64,000 nucleotides of DNA from Piromyces finnis finn (Eukaryota > Fungi > Neocallimastigomycota): the NCBI GenBank assembly GCA_002104945.1, contig MCFH01000019.1, positions 620,001 to 684,000 of the forward strand, written 5' to 3'. Shown here one piece after another: positions 1 to 10,565 of this stretch (position 1 is the first letter of the stretch; each line of letters begins with the position of its first letter). The translations under genes were made by a program, and so were the position numbers. Below the pieces are notes generated by a model. The model worked only from the letters and a program-made list of their open reading frames with translations. It searched no databases and had not been told where the DNA came from.

Positions 1-1112
1 AAGCGTCAGGTTTACCATTAGCAGAACCCGACCGATAAACAATAATAAAATTAAACTCGGCAAGAAACAAAGACCAACGAACTAATCTTTGTGTCATTTT
101 TTCGGGTTTCTTCTGGTAAAGCAAATTTCTGTGATCCGAGAAAATTTTGAAAGGCTGAGCAGTCCCCTTAAGTAAATGACGCCAATTTTCTAAAGCAGCT
201 ACAATTGCTAAAAGTTCTTTATCGTAGATCGGATAGTTCCTTTCAGAAGAACTAAGCGATCTGGAGAAGAATGCTACAGGGTGAACCGTATTGTCTTTCG
301 GATTCGTTTGGGAAAGAATGGCTCCTATAGCAAAATTACTTGCATCCGTTTCAACCATGAAAGGTATATCACGATTCGGACGATTCGGGTATGCAAGAAC
401 AGGAGAAGAAGCAAATTTGGTCTTGATTAAATTAAAAGAATTCACACACTGATGAGAGAAGCAGAATTTAACATCCTTTTTAAGTAATGCATTAAGTGGT
501 TGTGCGAGATCAGCAAAACCGGCAATGAATCTTCTATAATAATTAGCTAACCCAAGAAACGCTTGAACCTCTTTAACATTTCTAGGAGTTGGCCATTCCA
601 GGATAGATGAAATTTTCTTTGGATCCATTAATATTTCATCAGACGATATACGATGACCTAAAAAATCGATAAATGGGACAAAGAACTCACATTTTTCAAG
701 TTTTGCATAAAGTCCGGCTTTTCTAAGTCTTTTAAGTACTTCTTTGACTTGTATAACATGAGTTTTAAAATTTTCCGAAAATATAATTAAGTCATCAATA
801 TAACTGAAGACAAATACTCCCAAGATTCCATCAAGCACATCATTAATGAAATGTTGGAATACTGCAGGCGCGTTCTTCAAACCAAACGGCATTACAGTAT
901 ATTCAAAGTGTCCATATTTGCAAGTAAAAGCAGTTTTGAATTCATCACCTTCTTTTATCCTCACAAGATTATAAGCTGATCTTAAATCAAGTTTGGAGAA
1001 GATGTTGCTTTTACCTAAGTGCTCCAACATGTCGTTAATTAATGGTAAAGGGTAGGAATCACGGACTGTGATTTCATTTAATTTCCTATAATCTTGACAT
1101 AGACGTAGCTCA
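1..1112 (-). pseudogene. pol: RT-RNase H continuation of the same pol (other frame, open to the window edge)
   Basis: Manual translation: NGELRLCQDYRKLN...SKLDLRSAYNLVR...MPFGLKNAPAVFQ...SYIDDLII...ETDASNFAIGAILSQ...DKELLAIV...SDHRNL. Confidence 0.9.
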
Positions 1113-2715
1113 CCATTTTTTTCGGAACAAAAAGTACTGGGGCACCTGCCGGTGATTTTGAAGGTCTGATGAAACCTTTTCGCAAGTTTTCATCAATGTA
1201 TTCCTTCAATGCCATTGATTCTTTATCCGTTAAAGGATAAATCGGTCCATAAAAAAGTTTAGAGTCCGGTTTAAGACGGATTTCACAGTCGTATTGCCTG
1301 TGAGGCGGCAATTGTTCAGCGGCTTTTTCATTAAATACGTCTTCAAAGGCTTGGAGTTCAGCAGGAAGAAAAACTTCTTTATTGCTTGGAGGGTTGATAG
1401 TGGAATCATTATTTTTAGGAAGATTTTTTGTTGAATCATGGATATAAGAATTTGTTGAAGTGCTACAAGAAGATTTGGAATCATTAGAAATAGAAGAAAT
1501 AGCATAAGTAGGGGCAACGTTAGGAATAACAGAGCAATGTGACAGACAGAAATTTGAATTAAAAGATAATTCTTTTTCAACGAAGTTAATATTAGGGTTG
1601 TGCTGATGTAACCATTCAGCACCTAAGATGCCACAATATCCCGGAAGGTCTACAATATAGAATATAGTTTTACATTGGTGGTTTTTGTATTTGATCGAAA
1701 TTGGGATAGATTTACCTAAGATTTGTTGTTCCCCACCAATGCCAGAGATTTTGTTGAAAGAGACGGATTTATCAAAAGGAATATTATTTTCTTCGGCAAA
1801 GACCACATCTAGTAGGTTAAGTTGAGATCCTGAATCAATTAGTAGTTTAGTATTTACGGAGACGTCGGAAGTATTGAGTTGGAACTCAAAGACTGGTTGT
1901 TTCAGATTGGGATTATCGGAGAATCTTATTCTAGGCTTCTTTTCAGGCGTAGTGTTAGAAATATGAGTCCCAGCTGATTTTTCATTTTTACTTCTTTTTG
2001 GGCAGTTACTTAACTTATGATCTGGAGAACCACAATACAGGCAGAGATTTTCCTTAATTCTTCTAGCTTTTTCTTCTGAGGAAAGCGGTCCATAAGTTTT
2101 CTTATTTCTTGAAGTGAAAGGTTTTCTATTTACTTCAGTTCTTCGGTTTTGAGTAGTGTTATTAGAATGATTGTTGTTGAAGAATCTTCTGTTGGTATCG
2201 ATTCTAGAATCGATTCTTGATGCAATAACTTGTAAATTTAATAGCGTTTGTGGACCGGGAAACATTTCTAAAATCCTATTGGCGACTTGATCTTGTAGTC
2301 CAGCTAAGAAGGCGTCCATTTTTGCACTTTCGTTCCAAGAGGAGTCATCGGAGTATCGGTTAAATTCAAGAATATATTTTTGAATCTCACCGATTTTTCT
2401 TTGCTTTATAGTTCGAAGTTTTTGATTAGCCACAAACGCTGAGTCGTTGTCACCAAACACAGATTTAAGCTTGGCAACAAATGAGTCATAATTTAATAGG
2501 CATTCATCATGATTGTGAATTAATGATGCAGCCCAATTCAAAGCTTCACCATATAGTCTCGAAATGATATAAACGATTTTTGTTTCGTCATCCGCGTAAC
2601 GCTCTGGGTAGACCATAAAAATTAATTCTATTTTGGCAAGAAAACCCTTAAAGAAACGACGATTTCCAGCGAAACCATCCTTCAACGTAGCATTATTCAT
2701 CAATTCTTCATCCAT
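1078..2715 (-). CDS. gag-pol: Gag-protease-RT N-terminus (gag-pol polyprotein, frameshifted near 1110)
   Basis: CLYCGSPDHKLSNC zinc knuckle, LLIDSGS protease, LPPHR...SKSPAGAPVLFVPKK RT start; the frame breaks at an A7 run. Confidence 0.92.
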   Translation of the reverse strand: MDEELMNNATLKDGFAGNRRFFKGFLAKIELIFMVYPERYADDETKIVYIISRLYGEALNWAASLIHNHDECLLNYDSFVAKLKSVFGDNDSAFVANQKLRTIKQRKIGEIQKYILEFNRYSDDSSWNESAKMDAFLAGLQDQVANRILEMFPGPQTLLNLQVIASRIDSRIDTNRRFFNNNHSNNTTQNRRTEVNRKPFTSRNKKTYGPLSSEEKARRIKENLCLYCGSPDHKLSNCPKRSKNEKSAGTHISNTTPEKKPRIRFSDNPNLKQPVFEFQLNTSDVSVNTKLLIDSGSQLNLLDVVFAEENNIPFDKSVSFNKISGIGGEQQILGKSIPISIKYKNHQCKTIFYIVDLPGYCGILGAEWLHQHNPNINFVEKELSFNSNFCLSHCSVIPNVAPTYAISSISNDSKSSCSTSTNSYIHDSTKNLPKNNDSTINPPSNKEVFLPAELQAFEDVFNEKAAEQLPPHRQYDCEIRLKPDSKLFYGPIYPLTDKESMALKEYIDENLRKGFIRPSKSPAGAPVLFVPKKMVSYVYVKIIGN

Positions 2716-2771
2716 TTTCTTTATTTTATTTATAATATCTAATTTTAATTTAATTTAATCAGTATAATAAA

Positions 2772-2895
2772 TCCAAAAGAATCCAAAAGAATCCAAGAGA
2801 ATCCAAGAGAGTCCAAAAGAGGGTTCAAAAGAGTCCAAAAGAGTTCAAAAGAGAGTCCAAGAGAGGGTTCAAAAGAGTCCAAGAAAATTCAGGAA
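2772..2895. repeat. Degenerate ~10-bp tandem repeat in the retrotransposon 5' leader
   Basis: About 12 units of (A/G)TCCAA(A/G)AGA-like sequence between the gag ATG and the PBS. Confidence 0.85.
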
Positions 2896-2976
2896 GGTTT
2901 CAATAAGTTAAAAAAATTTTTTTTTTTTTTTTAAAAAATAAACAAATTAATTAAGGTAAAGGGAATATGTTACAAC

Positions 2977-2988
2977 TGGTGTTTTTAT
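2977..2988 (-). promoter_or_regulatory. Probable self-priming primer-binding site
   Basis: ATAAAAACACCA immediately after the LTR end; 10/12 complementary to LTR 3153-3164, which lies ~30 nt downstream of TATAAATA (minus strand, 3200-3193). Confidence 0.6.
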
Positions 2989-3420
2989 TGTAACGCGATT
3001 CTATATAAAGAATTTATTAATGTAGGAATTAATAATATTTATATAGAAAAATAAATTTTGTATTCCCTATAAATCAATAAATTTATTTATTTAAAATAAT
3101 TTTTTTATTATTATTAAATTTTTTAAAAATAAATATTTAAATTTAAAAGTTAATAAATACACAACTATTTAATTTTTGATTCACATCACTTCTATTTATA
3201 CTTTTTCTAAATCTGATGTGGCTAAATTAAAAATTAAATTTTCTTTCTAAATTATTCTTTAAATTAATTAAAAATTACATAAAATGAATCTCGTGATAAA
3301 AATACATAAAATATTTAATTTTTCGAATATTCGAACTTATTCTTTTTCGAATAAGTTCTATAAGTTTATATGAGTCATAAATTAAATTGTTAAATAAATA
3401 ATTTAAAATAAATTTTGGAT

Positions 3421-3481
3421 CAAGGTGTGAGTCGAACCCGAGTGATCCAGATTAATGTCTTAAATACTAACCATTAAGACA
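3421..3481 (-). other. Degenerate tRNA-Gln-like sequence with Pol III A and B boxes, inside the LTR
   Basis: Minus strand: TAATGGTTAGTA (A box, 3476-3465) and GGTTCGACTC (B box, 3438-3429); acceptor stem not intact. Confidence 0.65.
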
Positions 3482-3503
3482 ATATTAATTTTCTAATAGA
3501 TTC

Positions 3504-4021
3504 TGATACGAAGAAAAATATTATCTTAATTCTATAAATGAATATAGAAAGTGATAATATTTGTATCTAAAATTTAATAAATAAAAATAAATAAGAAAAT
3601 AAAAATAGAATAAATGATTTTTATACTTGTTCATTTGCAAGTCTTTGTTAGTTTAAAATATAAAATTATTTTATTTAATTATAAAGTTTTAATATTTAAT
3701 AACTCTTGTATTATTAAATATATATATGTTATGGTTTAATACATCTTGAATGTATGTAAATATAATCACAACTATTATTTTAATAAAATTTAATATTATT
3801 ATCTAATTTTACTGGATTATTAGGAACATCTTTTAAAATAAAATAATTCTATCACTATTTATACAAAATTATTATTTTAAAGTATAATTATAAACAAATA
3901 TAAACTATTTAATTTAAAACTAAATAAACAATTAAATAGACAAAAAGTTTACATTTATAGTTTTTAATTTAATAATTTTATACATGTTAATTATTTTAAT
4001 TTTCAACTATCTGTGTTTTAA

Positions 4022-4052
<31 letters not shown>

Positions 4053-4084
4053 AATTCATAATTTATAAATTTAATTATTTATCA
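3504..4084. repeat. Solo LTR (family H, TGATAC...TATCA)
   Basis: 4-bp TSD ATTC (3500-3503 / 4085-4088); second copy at 45670-46243. Confidence 0.85.
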
Positions 4085-4090
4085 ATTCGT

Positions 4091-4858
4091 TGTAATAATT
4101 ATATTATATTTATTATATAATAATAATTATTAGCTTTAAATTAATAATATAAACTATTATTAAAATGTGAAAATAAAGGTAAAATTAGAAACTTAACTTA
4201 ATGAGTTTATTATAAGAAATTATAATAAACAAAACCAAATGTATCAGAATTATTTTGTGTATTTAATAGTTTTTTTAATATTTATTTTATTACTTATTAT
4301 TTTGTATAAAGTTATTTATTATAATTAATCTTATAATAATAACTCTTGATTTCTCAAATCGAACTCAAGAGTACTATTTATATGTTTTATTCTATTAAAT
4401 TAAAATTTCTAAGAACATTCTAATCTTAACAAGAATCTTTTTAGGAAAAGACTAGAAGAAAAACCTAAAAAGTTATTTGATTGATATTCTAATCATACCA
4501 ATCATCGTAATATTAAGTAAAACCGTTGATAACGGGTAAAACCTTAATATCCGATTTCCTATTACATACTAATATATAGTTGTATAATATTATTAATGTA
4601 ATTAGTATGTGTTTTATCTTTTATAATACAAGTATATATATAAATGAATGTATAAATACATAATTAAATAAATTAATTAATCTAATATAGCGAATGAATA
4701 ATTATTAACTAAATAAATATTTACAATATTTAACTTAACAAATAACTATAATAATAAATAAATATATTAATATAATCTAATGGATTAATGATTATTAACT
4801 AAATAAATTATTTGTAATATTTAATACTAAGAATAAATAATAAGTATTTATTCTTACA
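4091..4858. repeat. Solo LTR (family I, TGTAATAA...TTCTTACA)
   Basis: 5-bp TSD TTCGT (right copy split by LTR A); related to the LTRs of the element at 26403-32114. Confidence 0.8.
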
Positions 4859-4862
4859 TTCG

Positions 4863-5720
4863 TGTTAAGGAATGAACATAAATAGTTGAATTAGCTAGAA
4901 TTTTAGGAATTAACCATCAACTATTTATATTCCTTACTAGTGTTTAACTCTATTTTTAAAATATAAAAATTATAATATATAATTTTTATACATTTTTCTA
5001 GTAATTATTAATATTTTTATTATATAGTTATATTATTTGTATATAGTTATTTAAGACCTTTATTATTAGTATTAGTATAATTACTTATAATATTTTATAC
5101 TTATAAATTTTACAAAATTTTATTATTAAAATAGTTATAGGTATTTTATTATTATTTAAGGTTTATTTTATTAATTAACTTTATTGTATAATATTTTATA
5201 ATTTGAAATTATGACATAGAATTTAATTATAATTTTTACTAAAAGAGGCAACTGTTACACACAAAACAGAAGATACCTCGACAGAAAAATTATTATTTAT
5301 GTCTAAAAAAGGGCATAATTAATTGAATAATATAATTTTATTATATGTCATAATTAAATATATAATATATGATATGCAAAAATGTTACACATATCATAAA
5401 TTAAAATTTTATTAATTATAAATTAAAAATTTTTCTATTCAAATATTAAGAGATTATTCATAATATATATTAAGGATTTAATTAATATATGTTACAGTGA
5501 ATGATCCATATATTATGAATGAAATCAATTTAAATCCTTAGCTATCCAAAACCATTAAATTTCAAATAATGGATAGTTGGAAAAAGTACGAGGATTTTTG
5601 AGAAAAATTTTAAAAATTGAAAAATCAAAAATAAATTAAATGAATAAAAATTAAAATTAAATAAATTTTTATTTTTATAACTATTCAAGTGTTTTGTGAT
5701 ATCTTATTTGAACCGTAGCA
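4863..5720. repeat. Solo LTR (family A, TGTTAAGG...TAGCA)
   Basis: 4-bp TSD TTCG; near-identical inverted copy at 56093-56951. Confidence 0.85.
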
Positions 5721-5773
5721 TTCGTTACAGGATGGTTATTTATATATCCTTCATATGTACCAAATCCATCAAA

Positions 5774-5970
5774 TGTGAAGATATTAACTGGATTTAAAAC
5801 AAATTCAGATAATATCTATAATTAATTAAACATAATAACTGTGAAGATATTAACTGGATTTAAAACAAATTCAGATAATATCTATAATTAATTAAACATA
5901 ATAACTGTGAAGATATTAACTGGATTTAAAACAAATTCAGATAATATCTATAATTAATTAAACATAATAA
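5774..5970. repeat. Tandem repeat, 3 x 66 bp
   Basis: Units start at 5774, 5840 and 5906; identical; no spacers; stops in all six frames. Confidence 0.95.
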
Positions 5971-7034
5971 TTATAATTAAATAATTTCAATAATTATTTT
6001 AAAACACTTTTAAAAGTCACCTTTTAAATTTTGATTCAGTGAAAGGGTTATGATTTCAAAAATTTAATATCAATACACTATAACCCTTAACCAAAAATAA
6101 GCAAGTACGAAATAAGGTGTAACTCGCCAAAAACGATCGCTACGGCTGTAAGTGCTACGGTGATGAAACTAGGTTTATTGGAAAGCTTAGGAAGAAAGCT
6201 ACAATTTGGTACAATCGCGGTCCTTCTAACTGATCATTTAAGGAAGTTATGATCATTTAAAGATTTTATTAGGTAAATTAAAATCAATATGATATCAAGT
6301 ATGGATCATAAATATTTCTTATGACTTGATGAAATTAAAAATATATCAATAGGAATTTTAGTTATATTAATTTAATTAATGATAACGATTGTTACTAAAA
6401 ATAGAACTAGACCCATTTAGGTGTAACAGTTAACACCTATAAATTAAATAATCTTAATTATTATAAAATAGGTTAACGGCAAGTTTTATTAGAAATAATT
6501 TTGAAAATAATAATTATTTAATTATAACAAATATGTTATGGTAATATCAATTAATAATGATGAATTATTAATTGAATAGTTTTTATAATTACTAATTAGG
6601 ATCAACTGTTTAAATGATTAATCATATGTTTATTTTATTTTATGTCATGACAAACAAACAAACAAACAATCTTATTACTTATTTAATTATATTACTAATA
6701 TATTACATGTAATACTTTATTCTTATTAATATCAATTTAATAATCTGAACATAGAATATAAAAGAGAATGAATTGAATTCGATTTTAATTCTTTGTAAAG
6801 ATTATAGTTATAATCTTAATTATATAGTTACTTATAATATCATTTATATTATTCTTATTAAATAAATAAAAAATTTATAAAAAGTTATTTTAAAGTAAAT
6901 ATAAATTTTTCATTTTTCATTTGGGAGTTTAAGGTGTTATTTTATAATTAAACTTAATTTCTTAAAAAACATTTTTACTATATAATTAATAACATTCTGA
7001 CCTGGCCGCATAACCAAACCCAAAAAACTTAACA

Positions 7035-7945
7035 AGTAGCATGCTGTATTGTTAGCACAATTCATTTTAATTTTCTTATGGTAAAATTCTTAAGAATATT
7101 TTTATTATTTGTAACATGTTCCGAAGCACCTGTATCGTATATCCAGCATGTATGATATTTATTTATATTTTTATTTAAATAATTGTTTATTTGAATGGAA
7201 TTTATATTGTGTTTTTCTAGTGTTGGTCTAAGCTCATCTAGTGTAAAAATATCATTGTAATTATTGATATTTTGCTTGTTACTATCGTATGAGATATTGT
7301 TTACTTTTCCATTAAACATATTATATTGACTATTGTGGTATTATTTGTGGCTTGACCTTCTTATATTGTGGCTTGATTTCCTATTATTATTATTATTTTT
7401 TGAATTATAGTAGCAATTTTCAGTGTTGTGATTATTCTTTTTGCAAATATCGCAGTATTTATTTTGTTTAAAATTCTTTCTAAAATTATTATTTTTATTT
7501 TTATGGAAAAATTTATCAAGGTAATCGACATCCATTTTATCTTCAGTGTTTATAAATATTTTTGGAGGTGTTATTTCATCGGCATGGTTCATAGTTTTAA
7601 TTCTTTCTTTGATAGAGTTGAATAATTCTGATGGTGTATTATAGGTATTTGATAGGATTATAATATTTCTAATATTGCTGGGTAATGAATTATACATGTA
7701 CCGCATTTTTTCTGCTTCGGTAAGTTGTGAATTATTTGATTCCATTAATCTAAAAAGTTCCATCATGTTGCTCAGAGTTTTAATAATTTCTTTTTCATTT
7801 CTTGCCTTCATATTATTAATCTTGTTTAACCAGCCTTCAAGGTTTACATCATCGTCTTGTTTAAACAGTTCAGTTAACTTGCTCATGACTTCATAAGCTG
7901 TATTAAGTCCTTAGGTAGCTATGAATGTTATCATCTATACTTCCA
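7035..7945 (-). pseudogene. gag: Ty1/Copia gag + protease fragment
   Basis: ORF 7341-7886 with YCDICKKNNHNTENC knuckle; ORF 7062-7319 with WIYDTGASEHVT Copia protease motif. Confidence 0.85.
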
Positions 7946-7967
7946 TATTTAAATAAATATTTCAAGT

Positions 7968-10304
7968 ATGGAAGAATCTCAAAATATACAATATTTTCCT
8001 GTTGAGGATATTGATTATATATGTAACGAAATTTCTAAAAATTTTAAAGAAAATAAAAGATTGACACCTTATATTGATCAAGTAAATAATAAAGTAAGAA
8101 ATTATTTAAAGAAAAAAATCAAAGCAGAAGAAATTGACTGTGATATGTTTGCTAAAATAATTGTGGATAAAATCAAATTTCGTATGATAAAAGAAAATAC
8201 TCATGTTGGTATTTTAGCAGCTCAATCAGTTGGTGAACCTGTAACACAATCAGCATTAAGTTATTTCCACAAATTATACAAATGATAAAAATGAATTGAA
8301 AAAATTATAAATTAACCCATAATAAAATGGATTATAGTATAATTCATTTATATTTTAAACCAAATTATGATATTTTATTTAAGAAGAAAATAGCAAATCA
8401 AATGGAATACAGAATATTAAATGATGTTATTTTAAATGTTTTGTATAATGGATTTACACTTCGTTTTTATTTTTGTCGTCATTCCATATTTAATTTAAAA
8501 ATTCATCCAAAAGCTATTTTCGAATATGTAATTAAATATTTAGAAAACACCAATAATATATTGTTTACATGGGAATCATCTCTAAATCTTGAAGATCTTT
8601 ACATTAAATTTATTCAACCTGCTTAAAAGATTCTTGATTGGTTTGATGATCATAAAATTGATTATATAGTTGATTCAGATATGCTTTGTGTTTTTAAACC
8701 AGGAATTAATGAACATATTTGTAAAATATTGACCTTAAAACAGATTATATATTTAACAATAAAACAATTAAACACACGATAAAATAAAAACAGGAGTTTC
8801 TTTTTTAAAAATTATCTTCTTTATTAATGGTTAGAAATAAAATAACAATTACATCGATTCAATTGATAAAATTTACACGTATTTATATTTTTTCATAATT
8901 ATATTCTAATATATTATTCTATTTAGATAAACATATATTTAATATAAAATAAACAAAACTAATCTAATTAAATAATAAAATAATAAAACTAAACTAAAAC
9001 TAATTCATTATACTTTTAATTCAATTTGAGTAAACTCAAAATTGAATAAAGCTCATGTATTATCTATAAATTAATTTAATATTATCAATACTATTCTTAA
9101 TATATTTCCTATTGAAATATAAACACATCTATTTTTAAAACTCAGTTAAAATTATTAAACTATTCTAAATTTAAATAAGAAAGTATATTATTATTAAACT
9201 ATTCTAAAATTAAATAAAAAGTATTTAAAGTTATTATGAATATTTAAAATATTTGAAATATTTAAATTTAATTAAGATTCTTTTGTTCCTTAAATTTAAA
9301 TATTTATCTTTATTTAATTTTGACGGAATTATTATAAAATAATTTATTATTAAATTATTCCATTGAATATTAAAAATTTCATAGTTAATTTTAATAAATA
9401 TTAATTTATTATTTAATAATTAATAGTTAATTATTAAATAATCTAAAGATATATATTATATCTTTACAATATTAATAATAATGATAATGAAGAAAATAAT
9501 TATAATTCTGATAATAAAAATAATAATATTAATATTAATAATGATGTAGATATAAATAATAGCATTAATAACAGTATTATTGAATATGATGATAATGAAA
9601 GTAATTTCCTTATAGATTATTTTAATGAACAGAATTTTGAATTTGAAGAATTTGATAATATTGTTTACTTGATAAGTCATTTCGTTAATTTAGATAATGA
9701 AGATATTAACAAAGTATTAAATAATGTTGTATTATCAGGAGCTAAAGATATTGTTAAATTTACATTGAAAGCTATAGGTAATGAACATTATATAGAGATT
9801 ATAGGGTTAGATTTAGATAAACTTTTTAAAGAAGAATACATTGATAAGGAACAATCTACATATTTAGTCTATGCCAATTTATTCAATATTGATTTTGAAT
9901 TACATAAAAAGAATATTTTAAAGCAGTTAATAAAAATTGTTAATGCAGATATTACTTCATATAATATGCAACATATAGAATTATTAACTAATTTCATATG
10001 TCGTGATAATACGATTACACCACCGATGTCTTGTTTTGGAATGAAAAATGGTAATTATTCTTTTATATCTCGATTATCTTTTGAAGATCCTTTTAGGGTA
10101 ATTCAGGATGTCTTTTATGGTGTCAGAGATTATTTAACATCTATATCTTCAAAGTTAATTACCGGAATATTCAATGATGAAGAAGAAAAGAATGAAAATA
10201 CAATTAATAATGAAAACACTATTAATACTGAGAATATTATTAATAATAAAAATACAGAAAATAATGAAAACAATAAAAATATTGAAAATACTAAATATTA
10301 TTAA
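7968..10304 (+). pseudogene. RPB1: Viral-type DNA-directed RNA polymerase largest subunit, C-terminal part
   Basis: VGILAAQSVGEPVTQSALSYFH (trigger-loop region), HIELLTNFI, RLSFED...DYLTSISSKLITG. Broken by stops/frameshifts and a solo LTR; no CTD heptads. Confidence 0.88.
8720..9468 (+). repeat. Solo LTR (family B) inserted in viral RPB1
   Basis: TGTAAAA...TCTTTACA with 5-bp TSD ATATT (8715-8719 / 9469-9473). Confidence 0.88.
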
Positions 10305-10565
10305 TAATGAATAATATTTCATATTTTTAATTTTTATTTATTATATGTTATAATATTTTTTAAATAATATTAATTTAAATTTTTTTTTGTAATTTAAAAG
10401 TAAAATGTTTATGATATTATAATATTTGTAATAAAATAATTATAAAATTTTTTAAAAAATAAAAATATGAAAAGTTTTTAAATAATATTTTGTATATAAT
10501 AAATTATTTAAATATTTTAAATAATTTAAATAATTTTTATTGAATTATTAATAATATAAATCAAA

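Larger units (their letters stand above)
1..5729 (-). mobile_element. Ty3/Gypsy LTR retrotransposon (Tf1/chromovirus-like), 5' part; runs off the window start
   Basis: Gag, CCHC knuckle, protease, RT and RNase H on the minus strand; leader 2716-2988; 5' LTR 2989-5729 (TG...CA) inflated by three nested solo LTRs. Confidence 0.92.
2989..5729 (-). repeat. 5' LTR of the first Gypsy element (~520 bp once nested inserts are removed)
   Basis: Plus strand begins TGTAACG at 2989. Removing three TSD-bounded inserts restores ...TTCTAATAGATTCGTTACA ending at 5729. Confidence 0.8.

Noticed and set aside
1230-1622. Shadow ORFs overlapping real genes (e.g. 1230, 7428, 7675, 13448, 15842, 20926, 27294, 27995, 29246, 30420, 32827, 34371, 34761, 40751, 43514, 47960, 49976, 53821, 62765)
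   Set aside because: They are alternative-frame or antisense by-products with no motifs.
3421-3481. Functional tRNA genes here and at 22525-22590
   Set aside because: Acceptor and T stems do not pair, and both lie inside LTRs; reported as tRNA-like cassettes instead.
5774-5970. CRISPR array
   Set aside because: The units abut with no unique spacers, are 66 bp long, and there are no cas genes.
6995-7034. Copia PBS (GGTTATGCGGCCAG resembles the half-tRNA-iMet PBS)
   Set aside because: It follows a TGTTAAG LTR start rather than an LTR end and lies downstream of gag.
9456-9680. Low-complexity Ile/Phe-rich ORFs (also 14152-14367, 63089-63385, 63223-63414)
   Set aside because: They are antisense or off-frame readings of AAT/ATT or TA-rich repeats.
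7968-10304. Host Pol I/II/III largest subunit
   Set aside because: Motifs are too divergent, there is no CTD, and the context is viral. A phylogeny is still needed for certainty.
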